In this document: in pieces, positions 9,216 to 15,008 of the stretch
Numbering within the stretch: the first letter of the stretch is position 1
How the letters are laid out: the number at the start of each line of letters is the position of its first letter
Origin: a virus
Lineage: Duplodnaviria; Caudoviricetes
Virus record (IMG/VR): IMGVR_UViG_3300020045_000911
Span: 1 to 31,077 of that record
DNA length: 31,077 nucleotides
Strand: one strand, 5' to 3'
Notes under the pieces: generated by a model
What the model was told of the DNA's origin: nothing
What the model saw: only the letters and a program-made list of their open reading frames with translations
The model's database searches: none
Made by a program: the position numbers and the translations under genes

Positions 9216-9354
9216 GTAGTAGCGCTGCTACATCATAGCGCCGTGAGTGAATTTACGGAGTACTAGGCTATCTGGGAATATTGGCTGACACAGTGCGTAA
9301 CGTAGTGCGCAGGATGGCAAAATTTACGTGACAGCCGGAGAGACGGCTCTATCA
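9211..9354 (+). ncRNA. structured RNA module B (multi-hairpin)
   Basis: Hairpins GCGCT..AGCGC, CCGTGAG-tgaa-TTTACGG, GCTATCT..GGATGGC, TGCGTA..TGCGCA and GCCG-gagaga-CGGC; ends TGATAG/CTATCA are complementary (6 bp only). Confidence 0.45.
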
Positions 9355-9412
9355 TAAAATAGCCTTGCTGCTGGTGGATACCGGTGGAGCGCACAGGGTT
9401 ATTTTATGATGG
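9349..9412 (+). ncRNA. structured RNA module C (long hairpin)
   Basis: 19-bp stem CTATCATAAAATAGCCTTG/CAGGGTTATTTTATGATGG with three G-U wobbles, continuing into an apical stem. Confidence 0.55.
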
Positions 9413-9525
9413 CGTGCCGAAAGGCTGGGGCGAAGTTATAAAGCTCGTATCGCGTTTACTGCCCAAGATACCCGTGTAACCAACCACCGAGAGATACGCC
9501 GGGCGCAAGTGTTGGGACGCCATCA
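9407..9525 (+). ncRNA. structured RNA module D
   Basis: Perfect 9-bp closing stem TGATGGCGT/ACGCCATCA (extendable); internal GCC-GAAA-GGC GNRA hairpin. Confidence 0.5.
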
Positions 9526-9530
9526 ACAAT

Positions 9531-9621
9531 TTAACAGGCTTGCAGCTACGTAATTAGCCACGTAGCAGGATAATTCAAGCACTATGGAAAATGCAGCTTT
9601 ATGCAAGTGCAAGCCTGTTAA
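9531..9621 (+). ncRNA. structured RNA module E
   Basis: Perfect 14-bp closing stem TTAACAGGCTTGCA/TGCAAGCCTGTTAA; internal GCTACGT/ACGTAGC hairpin. Confidence 0.55.
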
Positions 9622-9625
9622 TTAG

Positions 9626-9707
9626 AGTTATCAAGTAAGCGGGTTAGATTAGGTGACGCGGAAGGTACAGCCGCCAATGATTCATTTAACCCGCTTACTT
9701 GACAACT
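9626..9707 (+). ncRNA. structured RNA module F (long hairpin)
   Basis: 24-bp stem with a perfect 16-bp core TCAAGTAAGCGGGTTA/TAACCCGCTTACTTGA. Confidence 0.55.
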
Positions 9708-9795
9708 TTGCACGCATACGGTTTAGCCCCGGTGTATCACAGTAAGATGTGTAAAGGCAAAGCAACCCTGCTTTATGGGAGTGCGAAGGTGTCAA
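9699..9795 (+). ncRNA. structured RNA module G
   Basis: Closing stem TTGACAACTTTGCAC/GTGCGAAGGTGTCAA (one mismatch, one G-U); internal AAAGCA-accc-TGCTTT hairpin. Confidence 0.5.
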
Positions 9796-9802
9796 TTATC
9801 AT

Positions 9803-9891
9803 GGGCTGTTTTCTCTACGGCGGACTGTAAATCCGTTGCCTTTATTTTGTAGAGTGGATGGCGAGAGGTTCAACTCCTTGACGGCCCACCA
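9803..9891 (+). tRNA. non-canonical tRNA-Tyr(GTA) lacking a normal D-arm
   Basis: Acceptor GGGCTGT/ACGGCCC + A + CCA; anticodon arm GGCGGA-CTGTAAA-TCCGTT; T-arm GAGG-TTCAACT-CCTT; only 9 nt (TTTCTCTAC) in the D-arm position. Confidence 0.7.
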
Positions 9892-9896
9892 ATTCA

Positions 9897-9972
9897 GCGA
9901 AGGTAGCTCAACGGTCAGAGCAGGGTACTCATAATGCCTTGGTTGTGGGTTCGATTCCAGTCCTTCGCACCA
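9897..9972 (+). tRNA. tRNA with CAT anticodon (Ile2-like, or elongator Met)
   Basis: Acceptor GCGAAGG/CCTTCGC + A + CCA; D-arm GCTC..GAGC; anticodon loop CTCATAA; T-loop TTCGATT; TGGTT variable loop resembles tRNA-Ile2; T-stem has a mismatch. Confidence 0.88.
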
Positions 9973-10003
9973 AATATCTTTTACTATCTTGAAAAAGATA
10001 TTT
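9972..10003. terminator. AT-rich hairpin between the tRNA and the convergent hub gene
   Basis: AAATATCTTTT/AAAAGATATTT 11-bp inverted repeat. Confidence 0.45.
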
Positions 10004-10926
10004 CAAACGTAACGCAGCGTTAACTCAGATAACCATTCTGAACCATGCGTATCGCCGACATGGGTGACAGCCTCAATTCTGAAAAACTCAGATTTAATCG
10101 ACTTTGTATCAAGTCTGACATATCCACCGGGCTGCATGGTAGGCTGTAAAAGCGTCTTCACTTTATAGCCTTGGACTTCTAGTTTCTTTTCTTTGTCGCC
10201 AGTGTCACCAGTGGCAAACGTAACTCTTACGCCTTTTTGCTTCTCGGTGATTCCTTTTTTAGCTGCTGCTTTCTCGCCAAGCGTCTTATGCTCTTTTTCT
10301 GGCGATCCGATCAAACCAGTATCAGGCGACAGGACAAACGCTTGCATGGCAACAGCTTTGCCTTTTTTGAGTATCTGTACTTCACGGTTTTGAAGCGACC
10401 ATTCCAATCCTAGATACTCGCAAGCCTTGGCCATAGCCTCGCGTGAGCGCCCAACGAAAGCGAAGCCATCAGGGTATTGTTTCTGGGTTATCTCAGTAGG
10501 CAATGGCCTTACAGGCAAGCCAAACGTGGCTGCAATGTTGCTCAGAACTTGTCCAGCCGATACACCAGGCGCAAAGCTAAACGAAGTCTTCTTGTCGCGG
10601 TATTCAAGCCCACTATCTGACATTTCAAGCTCAGTAACCAAGTCCGCGCCTTCTCGCTTTGTGATAGCCCGAGTTACCGTCCCAGTGAAAATAGTAAGTT
10701 CACCTACGTCTCGTTTATAGCCAGCTTTTAGAATCAAGACATTGTTAACCGTTTCAACCAAAGCCCGAGAGTCTTGGTTTAAGTTGTAAACACGGCAAGT
10801 GCAAGAATTAGGGTTTTCCCCGGATCCCTTCTCTATGGAAAACGCGAAACGCAAGTCACGAATCTCAATGGCTTTACCATTTGGCTTGCCAACTGTCAGC
10901 GATGCTACGCGGTCAAACAGAGCCAT
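10003..10926 (-). CDS. baseplate hub protein
   Basis: LRFAFSIEK, VYNLN, LKAGY...IFTG.V, LSPDTGLIGSP, LLQP.MQPG, HVGDTHG.EW. Confidence 0.85.
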   Translation of the reverse strand: MALFDRVASLTVGKPNGKAIEIRDLRFAFSIEKGSGENPNSCTCRVYNLNQDSRALVETVNNVLILKAGYKRDVGELTIFTGTVTRAITKREGADLVTELEMSDSGLEYRDKKTSFSFAPGVSAGQVLSNIAATFGLPVRPLPTEITQKQYPDGFAFVGRSREAMAKACEYLGLEWSLQNREVQILKKGKAVAMQAFVLSPDTGLIGSPEKEHKTLGEKAAAKKGITEKQKGVRVTFATGDTGDKEKKLEVQGYKVKTLLQPTMQPGGYVRLDTKSIKSEFFRIEAVTHVGDTHGSEWLSELTLRYV

Positions 10927-11364
10927 TTAAACAGCATCCCATACCGTAGCGCCAGCATCCCAAGTGGATAGACTGCTATCCCATATAGAGCCACTTACAG
11001 CCGCCACAGGCGTGATAACAATCGACTCAATGGCTGTAACAACATCAGGCACAAAGTAAACTAATGAATATTCGCCAGTCCCGATTGACGTGTAAAGCGC
11101 ACGCTCATTCTTGTTTTTATTGTCAATAAAAAACAGTTCACCAACCGGCAGGCGGTCGTCTTTAAACCTGCCAATCAGCGGATAGTTTTTCACCATCTTG
11201 ACGTTTTCAAGAATGACAGCGCCTTCACGCTCATAAACAGACAGGCTAAAGTAACCGCCTATTTCATTCCAAAGCACGCGCAACGTGTATGGGTTATCCG
11301 ATAACACAACATCTAGCAGTTGATCGGTTGTTTCTGGAAATAACGGGATTTCAACTAATGTCAT
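10927..11364 (-). CDS. baseplate protein (plug-like)
   Basis: EIPL...YTLRVLWNE..YFSLSV pattern; ATG 11364 overlaps the upstream stop (ATGA); synteny. Confidence 0.7.
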   Translation of the reverse strand: MTLVEIPLFPETTDQLLDVVLSDNPYTLRVLWNEIGGYFSLSVYEREGAVILENVKMVKNYPLIGRFKDDRLPVGELFFIDNKNKNERALYTSIGTGEYSLVYFVPDVVTAIESIVITPVAAVSGSIWDSSLSTWDAGATVWDAV

Positions 11365-12002
11365 TGTGTGGCTTTCCATTTTAGATACTTGCTCACACTA
11401 TCAGACGCTGACGCCGCAATGCTCTTAGATGGTTCTTTAGTCTCAGTCTTTCCAGCCGCTTTTTGTGGTTCGGCCTTCTTAGCTGTAGCACCCGCTGCGC
11501 CGCCAGCTTTAGCAGCCTTCTTTGGGCTAATGCCCGGTGGCAAAGTCACCATTTGAGTGTTAACGAATCGAATGTTAACAAGCTCCATCGTAAACTGAAC
11601 CTCTTCGCCTATCTGAGCATTGCGAGGGATGCTGACAGACTCAATGGCCATGTCGGTGTATATGGCGTGCTTGGTGTAAACCACGACGACATCACGCGAT
11701 TTATGAAGCTCACGAATGGCATCAAAAGCCGTCTGAATGCGTGGCGACTCGGTATCGCCACCAAAGTACTGACCAGCGAACTCACCGCGTAATGGGCTGT
11801 TTGTAATCACGCCTTGCAAGCGCAATTTGTCGGGCTTCTCGATGATGTGGTCAGTAATCGGTGAACCAGTTTCAACTGGGTTTTGAGTTACTTCATTTTT
11901 CCATTCGTGCAACTCGTCTAGCGTGGCATCAAAGTCCAGCGAAGCAATGCCTCCAAATACCTTGGTGCTTGCATTAGGACCGCCGTAGTAAAAACCAATC
12001 AT
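11361..12002 (-). CDS. Dit-like / tail tube initiator baseplate protein
   Basis: FDATLDELH...VTQNPVETGSPITDHIIEKP, YTDMAIES; directly after the tape measure gene. Confidence 0.85.
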   Translation of the reverse strand: MIGFYYGGPNASTKVFGGIASLDFDATLDELHEWKNEVTQNPVETGSPITDHIIEKPDKLRLQGVITNSPLRGEFAGQYFGGDTESPRIQTAFDAIRELHKSRDVVVVYTKHAIYTDMAIESVSIPRNAQIGEEVQFTMELVNIRFVNTQMVTLPPGISPKKAAKAGGAAGATAKKAEPQKAAGKTETKEPSKSIAASASDSVSKYLKWKATQ

Positions 12003-13621
12003 CGATAGCCCCCTAGTCCCATATCACGGGCGATCTTCTTATCAACGCCTTCTCCTTTAAGGATTCCAGCCGATGTTTTCAAGAAGTCTTGTTGTGATTC
12101 TGGCGTGCCATTTGGAACTGTTAAATATACAGTCTGGTTAGATGTAACAGTTGGACCTCCGACGGCAGAAGAACCAGCAACAGAAGCCGGTGAAATTGAA
12201 GTTGGATTAACTGAGATTTCACCGCCAAAACTAGGCAGGTATTTGCCAAGTGACTTAAGTTTGTCAATTAGCCACTTCACTTTATCTCCCATCCATCCCG
12301 TTATCTTGTCCCAGTTTTCCCAGACGTAGTAAATGGTTGCAACAATCCCCGCGACAGCTGCAATGATTAGTGCTATTGGGCCAAGAATCATGACCCAAGA
12401 TGCGGCCATCTTCAAACCAGCCATCCAGAATGCAGCCGAAAGAACTCCAGAAGCCAATATCATTTTGGCTGCGCTAACAACAAATGCATTCCCAGTCGCC
12501 CAGATAACAGCCTGAGTAATCGCGGCTTTAGCTGCGACATAAACAAATTGAGCGCCAACCATATACAAGATTGCCACCAATGTCATTAGTGCTGGCGCTG
12601 CTTCCCCGTTTAACGTATCTATGAACCTGCCCCATATGGATTCACCACCGGATAGATATGTCAAAACATCGTCAATGGCCACTCCAAGCAAAACCAATCC
12701 AACAACAACCAATCCACCGATAGAGAATACAGCCCCAAGGATTGTTACCAGTCCAGCCAGTGCCATCGGCCCAAATAATGCAGCTAGTGCGATTCCAAGC
12801 GCCTTGACGGCATTAGAGCCGCCTCCAACAAACTTAACGAAATCTTTTACAGCCTCTTCAACGTGCTTAAACCCGCCAATCATGAATTCAGCGATCTTTG
12901 TAACAACCTTTGAATCCCGATTCATATTCTGAACCATGATGCCGAAGCGCGTACCAATATCTGAGTAAGCCTGACCGATTGACATTGGCATCTGTTTTGC
13001 ACGACGCTCAAAGTAATCGCTCATTTTCTTGGTGGCTTCAATAACCAGCTTTGATGTCAACTTTCCATCGCTGGCCATCTTCTTTAGCTGCTCTCGCGGG
13101 AAACCCATAGCCTCGGCTAATTGGTCCATGTATTGCGGTGTTGCTTCACCCATAGCCCGGAACTCTTCACCGGCCAACGCACCAGCTCCCAAAGCCTGAG
13201 CGAATTGGAGCATGGCAGAACTAGCCTCTTGAGCCGTAGCGCCACCGACTACCAGCGAGTTTGCAATGGTGTCAGTTACTTGTAAAAGTTCTTTTTGGTC
13301 TGTTATGTAAGCCTTTGCAGCGTTACCAAGACGGGTATAAAGAGTGCCATAAGCAGCCAAAGGCGTGCGAGTGGCTAGGGCATGTTGTCCAACCTCATTA
13401 AACGCATCCCCAACATCACCCAGCGTCTGAGGCAGCATCCCGATACGAGCTTCCAGCGACTGCATGGAGTCAGCCACTCCAGCAAGCGCCCGAAGTGAAG
13501 CAAACGCAGCAAGGCCAGACAGCATACCGGATAAACGGTTAATGCTTCCTTCGACCTTGTTCATGCCGGATTGATCGACATTGAAACCGAAGCGGGTGAT
13601 TAATTCTCTAACAATTGCCAT
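11999..13621 (-). CDS. tail tape measure protein
   Basis: GATAQEASSAMLQFAQALGAGALAGEEFRAM tape-measure domain, LKKMASDGKLT, Ala/Gly-rich hydrophobic C-half with WENWDKI. Confidence 0.93.
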   Translation of the reverse strand: MAIVRELITRFGFNVDQSGMNKVEGSINRLSGMLSGLAAFASLRALAGVADSMQSLEARIGMLPQTLGDVGDAFNEVGQHALATRTPLAAYGTLYTRLGNAAKAYITDQKELLQVTDTIANSLVVGGATAQEASSAMLQFAQALGAGALAGEEFRAMGEATPQYMDQLAEAMGFPREQLKKMASDGKLTSKLVIEATKKMSDYFERRAKQMPMSIGQAYSDIGTRFGIMVQNMNRDSKVVTKIAEFMIGGFKHVEEAVKDFVKFVGGGSNAVKALGIALAALFGPMALAGLVTILGAVFSIGGLVVVGLVLLGVAIDDVLTYLSGGESIWGRFIDTLNGEAAPALMTLVAILYMVGAQFVYVAAKAAITQAVIWATGNAFVVSAAKMILASGVLSAAFWMAGLKMAASWVMILGPIALIIAAVAGIVATIYYVWENWDKITGWMGDKVKWLIDKLKSLGKYLPSFGGEISVNPTSISPASVAGSSAVGGPTVTSNQTVYLTVPNGTPESQQDFLKTSAGILKGEGVDKKIARDMGLGGYR

Positions 13622-13627
13622 AGTTTA

Positions 13628-13633
13628 ATTTTA
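13628..13633 (-). promoter_or_regulatory. putative -10 box for a leaderless tape-measure transcript
   Basis: TAAAAT 6 nt upstream of ATG 13621. Confidence 0.45.
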
Positions 13634-13639
13634 CCCGCC

Positions 13640-13888
13640 TCAGTCTTTTTTAGCCATAGCCTGATTTTCATAGTCGGAAGTCATATCAAGCAAGGCATTT
13701 AAACGCATCAAATCATCGACGCTACAAACCCCATCCTTCACTTCTGACAGAGATACCTTCCGAGCTAGTATTGGCCGCCATATCCATAACTCCTGCTCCA
13801 AGTCTTCTCTTAATTTACCGGGTGGCTTTTCGCCATTTGAGCCCCTGCGGTTAGGCTCCCAAAGCGGCCCGCAGTCCGAGCGAAAAAA
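13640..13888 (-). CDS. frameshifted C-terminal extension of the tail assembly chaperone (gpGT-like)
   Basis: -1 frame open from T TTT TTC (13888-13882) to TGA at 13640, encoding ...GKLREDLEQELWIWRPILARKVSLSEVKDGVCSVDDLMRLNALLDM...; no convincing start of its own. Confidence 0.7.
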   Translation of the reverse strand, partial: FFRSDCGPLWEPNRRGSNGEKPPGKLREDLEQELWIWRPILARKVSLSEVKDGVCSVDDLMRLNALLDMTSDYENQAMAKKD

Positions 13889-14268
13889 GCTGAAAAATTA
13901 AGTTTAAGAACTTCCCAAATCAGTTCGTAAAGATCAAACAGGTTATCAGCGGTAAAGCACTGGTTAACGCTCATACCGTCTTTGATGAATACTTTCTTTT
14001 CACCAAAGTAAACCCGTGACTGGGTGAACATTGGAAAAACAATCGTATCCATTACTTCTTCGGTTAGATTCTCGGCAATGATTCCGGTTGCTTCGCTCAA
14101 ATCAGCGTCAAGCAAGTTAACAGAACCGCCTTGCTTGCCTTTAGTCAATCCACCAATAACGGGAAGGATGATTTTATTCAGGCGCAACAGAATACGGTTA
14201 GCCTCGAAGGCATTCATTTTCATGGCCGTATATTCAGACTGGCCAATGATGATTGTTTCAGCTTGCAT
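13810..14268 (-). CDS. tail assembly chaperone
   Basis: Lies between tube and tape measure; YTAMKMNAFEA..., LIWEVLKLNFSAFF ending typical of myophage chaperones. Confidence 0.82.
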   Translation of the reverse strand: MQAETIIIGQSEYTAMKMNAFEANRILLRLNKIILPVIGGLTKGKQGGSVNLLDADLSEATGIIAENLTEEVMDTIVFPMFTQSRVYFGEKKVFIKDGMSVNQCFTADNLFDLYELIWEVLKLNFSAFFARTAGRFGSLTAGAQMAKSHPVN

Positions 14269-14270
14269 GG

Positions 14271-14471
14271 TTATTTTGCCTCAAGCGATGCACGCACAAA
14301 GCAATCCTTTGCCTCCAAAAGTTTACGCATACCTGCGCTTTTTTCTGCACTATCTGGAATTTCAGATTCAAATTTAAATGCAAGCTCACCGATAGGCTTG
14401 CTAATCAATTGCAAACGCTCTGGCAGGTGTTCGTATGTAAAGTATTTGATTGTTGTTGTGCTCATTTTCAT
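14271..14471 (-). CDS. small helical-hairpin protein, possibly Acb2/Tad1-like
   Basis: YFTYEHLP..LQ.ISKP.GELA...P.SAEKSAGMRKLLEAKDCFVRA; AGGA RBS (start at 14471 or 14465). Family link is from recall only. Confidence 0.6.
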   Translation of the reverse strand: MKMSTTTIKYFTYEHLPERLQLISKPIGELAFKFESEIPDSAEKSAGMRKLLEAKDCFVRASLEAK

Positions 14472-14495
14472 CCTAAGTTGGTTAAAGTGACTTTC

Positions 14496-14504
14496 ATTCT
14501 ACCA
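14496..14504 (-). promoter_or_regulatory. extended -10 promoter
   Basis: TG-G-TAGAAT immediately after the tube-gene terminator. Confidence 0.5.
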
Positions 14505-14541
14505 AAAAAGAACCCCGGCACAGAATTAACTGTCCGGGGCC
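14504..14541 (-). terminator. rho-independent terminator after the tail tube gene
   Basis: Minus strand CCCCGGACAG-ttaatt-CTGTGCCGGGG followed by TTCTTTTTT. Confidence 0.8.
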
Positions 14542-14564
14542 GTGTTAGCTAGATTATACGGTAA

Positions 14565-14996
14565 TCAAAGACCGCCAATTGACATTTTCAAGTCGGCACA
14601 ATCAAACACAAAAGATCGTTCACCGACTTCTTTGCCGAATACCATTTCAGGTGGTGTTTTCAGCCATGCTTGAGTAGCGCCTACCAGTTCAGCACCATCG
14701 CCCGGACTCACAATCGAAATCGGGATAAGAATATCACCATCGAACAGGAAGTTATCAAGCGCCACCAGCGCCGACAACTCGGTGACAGCGGGAGAGCTTT
14801 GCAACAGTTTGATTTCAATGGTGCCAGACTTGTTGCCATTGCGAGCGCGAGCGACGTGGCCATCAGCGCCGACACGCTTCATATACAAATCTTCATCTCT
14901 TTTTGCGGTAATAAAATCACCATCGCTAAAGCCAGTGACGATAACGCCACCGACAATCACGGTTAATTTGCTTGGGTCGTATGTAGAGGTTGCCAT
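14565..14996 (-). CDS. tail tube protein (DUF3277-like)
   Basis: TYDP....VIVGG..VTGFSDGDFI, VGADG, SGTIEIKLLQSS; follows the sheath gene. Confidence 0.88.
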   Translation of the reverse strand: MATSTYDPSKLTVIVGGVIVTGFSDGDFITAKRDEDLYMKRVGADGHVARARNGNKSGTIEIKLLQSSPAVTELSALVALDNFLFDGDILIPISIVSPGDGAELVGATQAWLKTPPEMVFGKEVGERSFVFDCADLKMSIGGL

Positions 14997-15008
14997 TATG
15001 TTTCCTTA

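Noticed and set aside
9545-9576. HDV-like (theta) ribozyme near the tRNAs
   Set aside because: Too few nucleotides between putative P2 and P1 strands to form P3/L3, no J4/2 catalytic C, and not located at a tRNA 3' end.
9061-9795. CRISPR array or mini-array
   Set aside because: No direct repeat of constant length with regular spacers; the repeats are module-specific inverted repeats and no cas genes are present.
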